Of a DNA stretch of 64,000 bases, positions 20,348 through 29,902 are shown in pieces. The position numbers and the translations under genes are program-made. Location: contig PIVJ01000002.1 in the NCBI GenBank assembly GCA_003353955.1, positions 13,971-77,970 of the forward strand. The letters are read 5' to 3'. The notes beneath the pieces are model-generated. The model was not told the origin of the DNA. It searched no databases and worked only from the letters and a program-made list of their open reading frames with translations. Positions within the stretch are counted from its first letter, which is position 1. Every line of letters starts with the position of its first letter. The stretch comes from Bacteroidota bacterium (GTDB lineage Bacteria > Bacteroidota > Bacteroidia > Bacteroidales > GCA-2711565).

Positions 20348-21379
20348 ATGATGAAAAATAAAATATACATATTATTTATTGGATTACTTGGGCTTATGGT
20401 CTCTTGCGAAAAAGATGGAGATCAAATAGTAATGCTCGACAATCCAGTTGTACCAACTATTGTTTCTATGCCTGATTTAACACTGGAAAGAAATAATGGT
20501 TTAGCAGTCCTCGAATTTACCGGAACCCCTGTTAATCCTGGATTTACAGCCTCTGCAAAGTATTTTTTAGAAGCTAATGCAGCTGGAAACAATTTTGATA
20601 ATCCAATTGTAATACTTACGGATGTTCAGGCGAAATCGTTTAAAATCACAGTTAGTGATTTGAACTTGATGTTGCTTAAACAATTTCCTGCCGATGAAGT
20701 GTCTTCAGTCGATTTTAGAATAAGAACAGAGCTTGTTGTAGATGCAGGAACTGGCGCAGAAACGTTTGAATATGTTTCAGTTACAACTAATGCAAATGTT
20801 ATTTTGTACGGATTACCAAGACTTGATTTATTAAACTCAGGCATTGTTCAAAAAATTGAATCTGCATTAGGAGATGGTAATTATACCGGTATTGTAAAAC
20901 TTGATCCAGTTATACCTTTTACATTAAAAGATCCTGACACAGACACCGAATATGGTGGCAATGCAGATGTTCTTGTTGTTGATGGTTCCGGCATTTCTGT
21001 AGAAACAAATGGATGGCATATCTTATCTGCCAATACAGTTGATCTTTCTTATTCTTATGAAGAATATTTTATCGGGCTTGTTGGTTCTGCTACTCCAAAT
21101 GGTTGGGATGCACCCGATCAAAAAATGGATTATGATGTAACAACTGGTACTTGGCATATCACTATTGATTTAACAGATGGAGTTGTTAAATTTAGAAGAA
21201 ATGATGGATGGAGCTGGAATATGGGATTCGTAGAAGGTGACACTCCTGGTTTTTCAGGACCAACTCAACAAGGTGGTGTTGGAAACGACATTCCTGTACC
21301 TGATGGTGCTGGCAACTACACCGTTACACTTAACATAATTAATAACGACCAGGGTACTTACCAATTTATTAAAAACTAA
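20348..21379 (+). CDS. SusE/SusF-family outer-membrane lipoprotein
   Basis: 343 aa with lipobox LMVSC. The C-terminal domain has the GLVGSATPNGWDAPDQKM...KFRRNDGWSWN pattern typical of SusE/SusF starch-binding domains. Confidence 0.75.
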   Translation: MMKNKIYILFIGLLGLMVSCEKDGDQIVMLDNPVVPTIVSMPDLTLERNNGLAVLEFTGTPVNPGFTASAKYFLEANAAGNNFDNPIVILTDVQAKSFKITVSDLNLMLLKQFPADEVSSVDFRIRTELVVDAGTGAETFEYVSVTTNANVILYGLPRLDLLNSGIVQKIESALGDGNYTGIVKLDPVIPFTLKDPDTDTEYGGNADVLVVDGSGISVETNGWHILSANTVDLSYSYEEYFIGLVGSATPNGWDAPDQKMDYDVTTGTWHITIDLTDGVVKFRRNDGWSWNMGFVEGDTPGFSGPTQQGGVGNDIPVPDGAGNYTVTLNIINNDQGTYQFIKN

Positions 21380-21384
21380 TTGGC

Positions 21385-23259
21385 ATGAAACAATTAAAAA
21401 ACGTACGTATGAAAATAATAAACACATACAAGTTTGTGGCTTTCCTTATTACTGCATCAGTTATTATTGCTTCATGCACAAAGGAAATGTCTGAAGTTAG
21501 ATTAGAACCAACACTTTCTACTTCACAAACTTTAAATATTAGGTCCGACTCGGCAACTGTTATTGGTTTTGTAATTGCCGACGGTGATGGATTTACTGAA
21601 AAAGGAGTATGCTATAATACTGCAGCTAGTCCTACCATTGAAAATAACAAAGTGGTTTATTCTGATGATGAACCCACGGCGATTTTTAATGTAGTGTTAA
21701 GCGGACTTGATTATGCTACCTTGTATTATGCTCGTGCTTATGCAACAGGCACAAGCGAAACAATTTATGGCGAAGAAGTAACTTTTACTACTTTACCGGT
21801 AGTTCCATTCCTAACTACAGCTGCAATTACCGATATTACAGGTAATGCAGCTACAGGTGGAGGAAACGTTACAGGTTCTGGCGGTGCTGATGTTACGGCT
21901 CGCGGAATTTGTTTTGGGACTAATGAAAACCCAACAATCAACGACAGTAAAACTACTGATGGCGATGGAATCGGTGAATTTATTAGTTCTCTTTCTGGCC
22001 TAGAAGGAAATACAACCTATTATGTCCGTTCCTATGCAGTTAACAGTGCTGGTACAGGTTATGGCTCTGAAATTAGCTTTACAACCCTAGTTGATTTACC
22101 TACTGTTACTACAACTACTGTTACAGATATTACAAAAACATCTGCTGTTTCTGGTGGTGAAGTTACCAAAGATGGTGGAGTTGAAGTTACAGCAAGAGGC
22201 CTTGTATGGAGTACTACTACTGATCCGACTATTCTCGATAATATAATTGATGGTGAAACTGGATTAGGCATATTTACAAGTAATTTAACTGGATTAGAAA
22301 AATTCACAACTTACTTTATTCGTGCCTTTGCAACCAATATTGCGGGTACAGCCTATGGTGCTAATACTGAATTCAAAACACTAGCCGATATTCTTACTTG
22401 GAACCTTCCTGGAGATTATGTCGAAGCAAGTTATCCCGCAGATGCTGGATTAGGTAATTGGTCTCCTGACAGATCACCTCAGGTAATTAGTACAATCACC
22501 GAATCTGATAAATTAGAAGGATATGTTAATATGGCTAATGCTGCCAATGAATGGAAATTTGCAACACAAATGGACTGGTCCGGACCTAATTATGGAACTG
22601 ATGGAGCCGGTAATTTAGACCCTAATGCTGCTGAAAACATTGTTTCAAACGCCGGGTATTACAAAATAAATGCCTCCGCAACAGATATGACTTTCACTGT
22701 TGTTGCCACTACTTGGGGAATAATTGGCGATGCTACTGCACTTGGCTGGGGTGATCAGACTAACATGACTTATGATCCAACTGCTCAAACATTTTCATTA
22801 GCAGCTCATTTAACAGCTGGTGGTTTTTTCAAATTTAGAGGCACTTCTGATTGGTCTGTTAACTATGGAAGCGATGCCGCAGATGGTACTTTAGGTGCCG
22901 GTGCCGGTAATATTCCTGTTGATGTGGAAGCCGATTACTCTATAACCCTTGATTTAAGCCATCCAAATGAATACACCTATTCAGCTAACCGTTGGGGCTT
23001 AATCGGAGATGCTCAGGGTAGTTGGGACGATGATACAGATATGACCTGGGATGCCGTAAATAATGTATTCACAACTACACTGGATTTAGTATCCTCTGGA
23101 TCCTTCAAATTTAGAGCTAACGACGATTGGGCTGTAAATTATGGTGGAGACTTGAATGGACTTTCCGCTGGAGGAGATAATATAACTATTGAGTCCGATG
23201 GAAGCTATACCGTTACTTTCGACCCTTGGGGTTTAACTGCAACGGTTACTAAAAACTAA
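21385..23259 (+). CDS. SusF-like surface starch-binding lipoprotein with three N-terminal repeat domains
   Basis: 624 aa with lipobox IIASC. Three ~90-aa repeats are followed by three SusE/F-type modules (WGIIGDATALGWGD, FKFRGTSDWSVNYG, WGLIGDAQGSWDD, FKFRANDDWAVNYG). Confidence 0.75.
   Translation: MKQLKNVRMKIINTYKFVAFLITASVIIASCTKEMSEVRLEPTLSTSQTLNIRSDSATVIGFVIADGDGFTEKGVCYNTAASPTIENNKVVYSDDEPTAIFNVVLSGLDYATLYYARAYATGTSETIYGEEVTFTTLPVVPFLTTAAITDITGNAATGGGNVTGSGGADVTARGICFGTNENPTINDSKTTDGDGIGEFISSLSGLEGNTTYYVRSYAVNSAGTGYGSEISFTTLVDLPTVTTTTVTDITKTSAVSGGEVTKDGGVEVTARGLVWSTTTDPTILDNIIDGETGLGIFTSNLTGLEKFTTYFIRAFATNIAGTAYGANTEFKTLADILTWNLPGDYVEASYPADAGLGNWSPDRSPQVISTITESDKLEGYVNMANAANEWKFATQMDWSGPNYGTDGAGNLDPNAAENIVSNAGYYKINASATDMTFTVVATTWGIIGDATALGWGDQTNMTYDPTAQTFSLAAHLTAGGFFKFRGTSDWSVNYGSDAADGTLGAGAGNIPVDVEADYSITLDLSHPNEYTYSANRWGLIGDAQGSWDDDTDMTWDAVNNVFTTTLDLVSSGSFKFRANDDWAVNYGGDLNGLSAGGDNITIESDGSYTVTFDPWGLTATVTKN
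21547..22384 (+). repeat. three tandem ~90-aa domain repeats (protein level) in the SusF-like gene
   Basis: A repeated pattern ...G.C(Y/F/W)....P(T)I.....TTYY.R(A/S)YA.N..GT.YG.E..F(T/K)TL occurs three times. Confidence 0.7.
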
Positions 23260-23279
23260 TAACTATAAAATTCACAAAA

Positions 23280-23310
23280 GCCCACTTGCAATGGCAGGTG
23301 GGCTTTTCTT
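23280..23310 (+). terminator. Rho-independent terminator after the susCDEF-like genes
   Basis: GCCCACTTGC-AATG-GCAGGTGGGC hairpin (10 bp, one G-U) followed by TTTTCTTT. Confidence 0.75.
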
Positions 23311-23340
23311 TATATTTATTTTTTAAAGATCAAACAAATC

Positions 23341-25200
23341 ATGTGGGTTAAACAGTTTCTCTTTACTGCAATGCTGATGATTACTACAAGTATCAGTTTT
23401 AGTCAGGTTTATAAAATCAAACATATAGAACCCGTCTTTTGGTGGATAGGGATGCACCATAAACAATTGCAAATAATGGTTCATGGTGATAATATTAGCG
23501 AATTAACACCATCTTTTTCCTATCCCAATCTTTCGCTTGATTCTGTTGTTCGTACTTCCAATCCCAATTATCTATTTATCTATCTTCACTTAAATGATAA
23601 AACAACAACGGGCAAGTTTAATATTAGTTTTCGCAAAAATAATAAAGAAAAACTGCTTTACACTTATCATCTGAAACCAAGGGATAAGAATTCATCGGAA
23701 CGAATTGGATTTAACAATTCGGATGCGATCTATCTAATTACACCCGATCGTTTCGCAAACGCTATCCCTGAAAACGATCAGGTTGACGAACTTCATGAAG
23801 GGTTAAACCGCACGAACCCGGAAGGAAGGCATGGCGGCGATATTCAGGGAATTATTAATCACTTGGATTATATTCAACAAATGGGATTTACTGCACTCTG
23901 GTTAAATCCTGTCCTTGAAAATAACCATAAACGAACCAGCTATCATGGTTATTCAACAACTGATTATTATAAAATTGACATGCGATTTGGTAGTAATCAG
24001 AATTATGTACAATTAAGCAAAGAAGCTTCTAAATACGGTATTAAGTTGATAATGGACCAAATTATGAACCATTGCGGGCTTGCCCATTGGTGGACCAACG
24101 ATATGCCTTCTGCAAACTGGTATCATTATACTTCCAACGTAAAAACTACAAATCACCGAAGAACAACTCTAATCGACCCTTATGCTTCGGTAAGCGATCG
24201 GAAACTTTTTGAAAATGGGTGGTTTGTCCCTTCCATGCCCGATCTCAATCAGTCAAATCACTTATTGGCCGATTACTTAATTCAAAATAGTATCTGGTGG
24301 GTAGAATATGCAGACCTTGGCGGAATTCGACACGATACTCATCCTTATGCCGGAAAAGAGTTTATGTCCGAATATACTTGTCGGATTATGCAAGAATACC
24401 CAAATTTTAATATTGTGGGTGAAGAATGGAGCCCAAATCCGGTAGTTATAGCTAAATGGCAAAATAATAATAATAATAATAATAATGATGGACTTAAAAG
24501 TTGTCTCCCTTCTTTGATGGATTTCCCATTGCATATGGCTTTAATAAGTGCTTTAAAAAATGAAGAAAGTTGGGATAAGGGATTTATTAAGCTCTACGAA
24601 ATGTTAAGTAATGATTTTCTTTATCTAGACCCGTCTAATTTGGTCATTTTCCCCGACAATCATGATATGCATCGTTTTTTCACTCAAGTTGATGAAGACT
24701 TTGATCTTTTTAAAACAGCAATGATATATACATCAACAATTAGTCGAATACCTCAATTTTTTTATGGCACGGAATATTTGGCAATAAGCCCTGGCGAAAA
24801 AGATGACGGACGCATTCGAAGTGATTTTCCGGGTGGCTGGCAGAGTGATACGGTAAATGCCTTTACAGGGCTTGGACTTACAAAGCAACAATTAGAAGCC
24901 CAGAAATTTACTCGTAAATTACTCAATTGGCGTAAAGTAAATTCTGTTATCCATGATGGAAATCTATTACACTTTGTTCCGGAGAATGATACCTACGTTT
25001 ATTTTAGATTTGATAATAACAAAACCATTATGGTGATTTTAAATAAAAATAAAGAGGACATTCTTTTAGATACAAGTAGATTTATGGAAATTATTTCCCA
25101 ATTCACAACAGGAAAGGATGTAATTTTGAATAAATCGTTCGAATTAAATAATTTAATTGTACCTGCGAGAACTTCTCTCTTGTTGGAACTTTTTAAATAA
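23341..25200 (+). CDS. GH13 cyclomaltodextrinase/neopullulanase, SusA-like
   Basis: 619 aa with a signal peptide and a cyclomaltodextrinase-type N-domain (YKIKHIEPVFWW). GH13 regions DQIMNHCG, GGIRHDTHPY, VGEEW and FPDNHDMHR are present. Confidence 0.85.
   Translation: MWVKQFLFTAMLMITTSISFSQVYKIKHIEPVFWWIGMHHKQLQIMVHGDNISELTPSFSYPNLSLDSVVRTSNPNYLFIYLHLNDKTTTGKFNISFRKNNKEKLLYTYHLKPRDKNSSERIGFNNSDAIYLITPDRFANAIPENDQVDELHEGLNRTNPEGRHGGDIQGIINHLDYIQQMGFTALWLNPVLENNHKRTSYHGYSTTDYYKIDMRFGSNQNYVQLSKEASKYGIKLIMDQIMNHCGLAHWWTNDMPSANWYHYTSNVKTTNHRRTTLIDPYASVSDRKLFENGWFVPSMPDLNQSNHLLADYLIQNSIWWVEYADLGGIRHDTHPYAGKEFMSEYTCRIMQEYPNFNIVGEEWSPNPVVIAKWQNNNNNNNNDGLKSCLPSLMDFPLHMALISALKNEESWDKGFIKLYEMLSNDFLYLDPSNLVIFPDNHDMHRFFTQVDEDFDLFKTAMIYTSTISRIPQFFYGTEYLAISPGEKDDGRIRSDFPGGWQSDTVNAFTGLGLTKQQLEAQKFTRKLLNWRKVNSVIHDGNLLHFVPENDTYVYFRFDNNKTIMVILNKNKEDILLDTSRFMEIISQFTTGKDVILNKSFELNNLIVPARTSLLLELFK
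24463..24486 (+). repeat. (AAT)8 microsatellite in coding sequence
   Basis: Eight perfect AAT units encode an Asn8 run (WQNNNNNNNNDG) in the SusA-like GH13. Confidence 0.95.
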
Positions 25201-25268
25201 ACATAATTTTAACATAAAGTCCGTTGAATTGGAACCTCAATCTGGACTGCTAAATAAAAACAACAAAA

Positions 25269-28043
25269 CTGAAAACAGTTATAATTATATTCATAAGCTT
25301 CCTGACAATACAAAATACAATTGGACAGGTCGTTACTACAGATCCCAAGTTCCCGACTGCAGATGCTTCTGTAATTATATACTTCTATGCCGATCGTGGA
25401 AATCAAGACCTGAGTAATTACACTTCAGATATTTATGCGCATATAGGTCTGATAACTGATAAAAGCACAAATGGAACAGATTGGAAATATGTGAAAACAC
25501 AATGGAATCAGAACACCACAGAAACTAAACTTACCCAAATAAGCCCCAATCTATACAGTCTGGCAATCAACCCAAGTATTAATGACTACTTCGGAGTAAC
25601 TGCCGAAGATGAGATTCTCAAAATTGCTATTGTATTTAGAAATTCTGATGGAACGTTGGTTGGACGTGAAGCAAATGGGAGTGATATCTTTATTTCAGTT
25701 TATTCGCCTGGAATCAACCTTAATATTAGCTCTCCCGAATCAAATCTGATTTTTGAATCCAATGAAACAATAACAATTTCTGCGAATTCAACAAATGCGG
25801 ATAGTCTAAAAATTTGGGTTAACAACATACTACTTATAAAAGTTGAAAGCAGTACTGTAACTTACGATCATACTGAAACTCAAACTGGACGCCATAAAAT
25901 TAAGATTGAGGCGAAATCAAGTTCTGATTCAAAAACTGATTCTGTATTCTTCAACATTAGGGGAACTACTAATGATGCCGCATTACCTTCAGGATGGAGA
26001 CAAGGAATCAATTATATCAGCCATGATTCTGTTGGGCTTGTATTACTCGCACCTGATAAAGACTTTGTTTACGTAATCGGAGGCTTCAATAATTGGGAAA
26101 ATAATGAAAACTATATGATGAATAGAACCTATGATGGAGAAATGTTTTGGTTAGGTGTAGGAGGTCTTCAGAGTGGAGAAGAATATATATTTCAATATTT
26201 TATTGACGGTGAGATTAGAATTGCAGATCCATTTGCTGATAAACTTAGTGATCCGAGTAATGATCAATGGATTTCTGATGAAACATATCCGGGTTTAATT
26301 GACTATCCAATTGGTAAAACAACCCAAATCGCATCCGTTTTACAAACCAGTCAAAGCGAATATCAATGGCAAATTACTAATTTCTCAGCTCCGCAAAAAG
26401 AAGATTTAGTAATTTATGAATTGCTAGTCAGAGATTTTGTTGCAACTCATGATTTTAATACACTGATTGATACAATAAATTATTTGGATAATCTGGGAGT
26501 CAATGCAATTGAATTAATGCCTATAAATGAATTTGAAGGAAATGAAAGTTGGGGTTATAATACATCTTTTTATTTTGCTCCTGATAAATATTATGGAACG
26601 AAAAATAAATTAAAAGAGTTTATTGATACTTGTCATAATCACGGAATTGCAGTAATTATAGATATGGTTCTAAATCATTCATATGGGCAATCACCCTTAG
26701 TTCGAATGTATTTTGATCCAACTGCAGGTAGCTGGGGACAACCCACTGCTGAAAACCCCTGGTATAATGAGACTTCACCAAATAATGTTTACTCATGGGG
26801 TTTCGATTTTAATCATGAGAGTCAATATACTAAGAATTTTATAGATTCAGTAAATAGCTATTGGTTAACAGAATATAAAGTGGATGGTTTTAGATTTGAT
26901 TTCACTAAAGGGTTTACAAATACTCCGGGAGATGGTGGTGCTTATGATGCATCTAGAATTGCAATCCTTAAAAGAATGGCTGATAAAATCTGGACTGTAA
27001 AGAATAATGCATATGTGATTTTAGAACATTTTGCTCCCAATAATGAAGAAAATGAACTTTCATCTTATGGGATGATGATCTGGGGAAATATTAATCATGA
27101 ATATTCGGAAGCAGCGATGGGCTACTCTTCAAACTTGTCTTGGGCCTCTTATAAAAATAGAGGGTGGTCGCAACCCAATCTTATTTCATATATGGAAAGT
27201 CATGATGAAGAAAGATTGATGTATAAAAATCTTCTATATGGAAATTCTTCCGGCAACTATGACATTAAAGAGTTACAGACTGCTTTAAGACGTATTGAAT
27301 TAAATGCGAACTTCTTTTTTCCTATACCGGGACCAAAACTAATATGGCAATTTGAAGAAGTTGGTTATGATATTTCAATCGATTATGATTGCAGGGTTTG
27401 TAACAAGCCTATTCGCTGGGACTATTTCAATACTGCAAATCGAAAGAGGGTCTATCAGGTTTACAAAGAGTTGATTCAATTAAAGAAACAATATGATGTT
27501 TTTCGAACTGATGACTTTGATATCTCACTCTCATCAACTATGAAATCTATTCATTTGTACAATCAAGATATTAATGTGGTTGTTCTTGGAAATTTTGGAG
27601 TAGTCCAAAATACAATGGATCCGGTTTTTCCTTCTATAGGTATTTGGTATGAGTATTTCTCCGGCGACACCTTAAATGTTTCTGATGTGAATGAGCAGAT
27701 ATTATTAGATCCGGGCGAATATAGATTGTATTCGTCTGTAAAATTTGGTGAATCTCTATTCACTGCTATTGGAGATATTCCAAGTCAAAGTATACTTGAA
27801 TTAATAGCATTCCCAAATCCTGCAACTACAACAATAAAAATAAAACTTTCATCTATCCATGAAAAACCAGATAAATTATTGATTTATAATTCAATTGGAC
27901 AGATCATTAATAGCCTGGATTTAACTGGAGTAAAAAATTCTTCTTGGTTCTCAATAGATGTAAGCAACTTCGACAACGGAGTTTATTATTTAAAGGCAAT
28001 TTGCAATAAGAATATCTATTCCGGTAAATTTATTAAGAAATAA
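25269..28043 (+). CDS. secreted GH13 alpha-amylase/pullulanase-like enzyme with T9SS C-terminal sorting domain
   Basis: GH13 regions VIIDMVLNHS, VDGFRFDFTKG, VILEHF and YMESHDEER. The C-terminal ~80 aa (AFPNPATTTIKIKL...GVYYLKAI...GKFIKK) form a Por/T9SS CTD. The track start (GTG 25491) removes an in-frame signal peptide. The frame is open from 25254, and CTG at 25269 sits where the Met of (M)KTVIIIFISFLTIQNTIGQ is expected. Confidence 0.8.
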   Translation: MKTVIIIFISFLTIQNTIGQVVTTDPKFPTADASVIIYFYADRGNQDLSNYTSDIYAHIGLITDKSTNGTDWKYVKTQWNQNTTETKLTQISPNLYSLAINPSINDYFGVTAEDEILKIAIVFRNSDGTLVGREANGSDIFISVYSPGINLNISSPESNLIFESNETITISANSTNADSLKIWVNNILLIKVESSTVTYDHTETQTGRHKIKIEAKSSSDSKTDSVFFNIRGTTNDAALPSGWRQGINYISHDSVGLVLLAPDKDFVYVIGGFNNWENNENYMMNRTYDGEMFWLGVGGLQSGEEYIFQYFIDGEIRIADPFADKLSDPSNDQWISDETYPGLIDYPIGKTTQIASVLQTSQSEYQWQITNFSAPQKEDLVIYELLVRDFVATHDFNTLIDTINYLDNLGVNAIELMPINEFEGNESWGYNTSFYFAPDKYYGTKNKLKEFIDTCHNHGIAVIIDMVLNHSYGQSPLVRMYFDPTAGSWGQPTAENPWYNETSPNNVYSWGFDFNHESQYTKNFIDSVNSYWLTEYKVDGFRFDFTKGFTNTPGDGGAYDASRIAILKRMADKIWTVKNNAYVILEHFAPNNEENELSSYGMMIWGNINHEYSEAAMGYSSNLSWASYKNRGWSQPNLISYMESHDEERLMYKNLLYGNSSGNYDIKELQTALRRIELNANFFFPIPGPKLIWQFEEVGYDISIDYDCRVCNKPIRWDYFNTANRKRVYQVYKELIQLKKQYDVFRTDDFDISLSSTMKSIHLYNQDINVVVLGNFGVVQNTMDPVFPSIGIWYEYFSGDTLNVSDVNEQILLDPGEYRLYSSVKFGESLFTAIGDIPSQSILELIAFPNPATTTIKIKLSSIHEKPDKLLIYNSIGQIINSLDLTGVKNSSWFSIDVSNFDNGVYYLKAICNKNIYSGKFIKK

Positions 28044-28093
28044 AAAAAAGCATCCCAAAAATTCGAGATGCCATAATGCTTCTTTAGTAATTA

Positions 28094-29482
28094 CTATTTA
28101 GTAGCATACACCTTAAATGCCCAGGCCTCCATTTTATACTTGTCATTATTTTCAAATTGCTCAGAAGTAAATACTTCAGTTAATGTTTCATCTGTTGTGA
28201 GGCCACTAAACTCAAAGTCAACTTCTTCTTCAGAAAGATTCAAGATTGTTATTACCTCAGATTTACCCTTCTTCCTGGTGTATGCAAATATTTTATCATC
28301 AGCAGTTGTCAGGATTCTTAGCATTTTACCTCCGAATTCCCCATTCCATAATGCTTCATTTTCTTTTTTCAAATGTAAGAGAGTAGTGTAAAAAGCTTCC
28401 ATTTCACAGCTTTCCCAACTAATGGTGTCTTTATCGAAGAATCTTAAGTCCTTATTCAAACAAGCCTCCTGACCACTATAAATTAGTGGCATACCAGATG
28501 AAGTGATAGTAAAAACTGCCATCGGTTTTACCGCGTCCCCCATTCTTTTATAAACATTTCCTTTCCAGCTGTTTTCATCATGATTAGAAGTGAAGTTCAT
28601 TCGATAAGCATTTGCAGGGAATTTTTCGTTTTTCGTTTCTAGCATTGTGTTTAAATCAGCCAGTGTACGTTTCCCTTCAGCAATATCATTAAGTAAAAAA
28701 TGCATATCCCAGGCATATGACATATCAAATGCTAAATCATGGTGTTCAGGTAAATTAGCTTCTGCAAGCATAAATATATGTTTAATCTTCAATAACTCAG
28801 ATCTTGCTGTTTCCCAGAATTCAGTCGGGACCATACCGGCTACATCACATCGGTAACCATCAATATCCGTTTCTTCAACCCAAAATTTCAGGGCACTGAT
28901 CATCGTAGATCTCAATTCAGAATTTTCAAAATTCAAACCTGCAACATCCGCCCAGTCTTCCACAGGTGAAATAATATTTCCTGAAGAATCTGTTTTATAC
29001 CATTCCGGATGTTCAAATACCCATTCATTATCCCAAGCACTATGATTTGCTACCCAATCTAAGATTATATGCATGCCTAGTTCATGTACTTTATTAACCA
29101 GTTCTTTGAAATCAGCCATTGTTCCAAACTCCGAATTTAAGGCAGTATAATCTTTAACCGCATAGTAACTACCTAAAGTACCCTTTCTGTTTTTTTCTCC
29201 AATAGGTTGAATAGGCATGATCCATAAAATATCAACTCCAAGATTCTTAAGGCGGGGCAAATGTTCAGAAAAAGCCTTAATGGTTCCTTCAGGTGTATAT
29301 TGCCTAATATTTACTTCATAAATATTAGAATTTTTACTCCAATCAACATGTTGCAATTTCTGATCTTCCGATAGCTTGTTTCTTTCAGTGGTAGCATTAA
29401 AATCACAAGAAGCACTTAATATCGCAAATGAGAAAAGTAAGGATATCCAAAGCATCATTTTCTTTGAAATTTTATTTTTCAT
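28094..29482 (-). CDS. GH13 alpha-amylase lipoprotein
   Basis: 462 aa with lipobox LSASC. GH13 regions HIILDWVANHS, IDGYRCDVAGM, FMLAEAN and FTSNHDEN. Confidence 0.9.
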   Translation of the reverse strand: MKNKISKKMMLWISLLFSFAILSASCDFNATTERNKLSEDQKLQHVDWSKNSNIYEVNIRQYTPEGTIKAFSEHLPRLKNLGVDILWIMPIQPIGEKNRKGTLGSYYAVKDYTALNSEFGTMADFKELVNKVHELGMHIILDWVANHSAWDNEWVFEHPEWYKTDSSGNIISPVEDWADVAGLNFENSELRSTMISALKFWVEETDIDGYRCDVAGMVPTEFWETARSELLKIKHIFMLAEANLPEHHDLAFDMSYAWDMHFLLNDIAEGKRTLADLNTMLETKNEKFPANAYRMNFTSNHDENSWKGNVYKRMGDAVKPMAVFTITSSGMPLIYSGQEACLNKDLRFFDKDTISWESCEMEAFYTTLLHLKKENEALWNGEFGGKMLRILTTADDKIFAYTRKKGKSEVITILNLSEEEVDFEFSGLTTDETLTEVFTSEQFENNDKYKMEAWAFKVYATK

Positions 29483-29902
29483 GATAAAGTATTTTTTAGG
29501 TTAACATCAATGATAATTCTGATCAATCTCCAAGCACTAAAACTAATGAAAAAATATAGGTGTTTTTAATGTTTAAAAACAGCTTTATTAAGCTTCATAT
29601 TAATGCAAGAAATATTTGTTATTCTCAGATTGTTAAATTACAAAAAATATATTAAAGGACAGTCTGTTATCATATTTTTTCTACGTTTTCAATGCTTGTT
29701 CTTTTACCAAAAAATGAAACATTTTTAGTTCAAATTTCTTATCTTTGATTATTGGTGAGATGTTGAAAACAAATTGTGGTATTTCAATAAAAATACGATC
29801 AAAAATATCGTGTAACATTCATACCATATCTTGGGTGTTTACTATTGAAAACTCATAATACTAAATCAGACTTTTAAACCTTGATTTCAAATATAAATAA
29901 TA

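Noticed and set aside
25157-25417. 86-aa ORF as an N-terminal exon or alternative start for the T9SS amylase.
   Set aside because: It is in a different frame, overlaps the 3' end of the SusA-like gene, and is not signal-peptide-like or homologous to amylase N-termini. The in-frame CTG-initiated extension explains the region better.
29679-29694. Second LacI-type operator (TTTTCTACGTTTTCAA) in the amylase/MFS divergent region.
   Set aside because: Only one half resembles the 15579 palindrome (CGTTT); the left half is not complementary. This is too weak to call.
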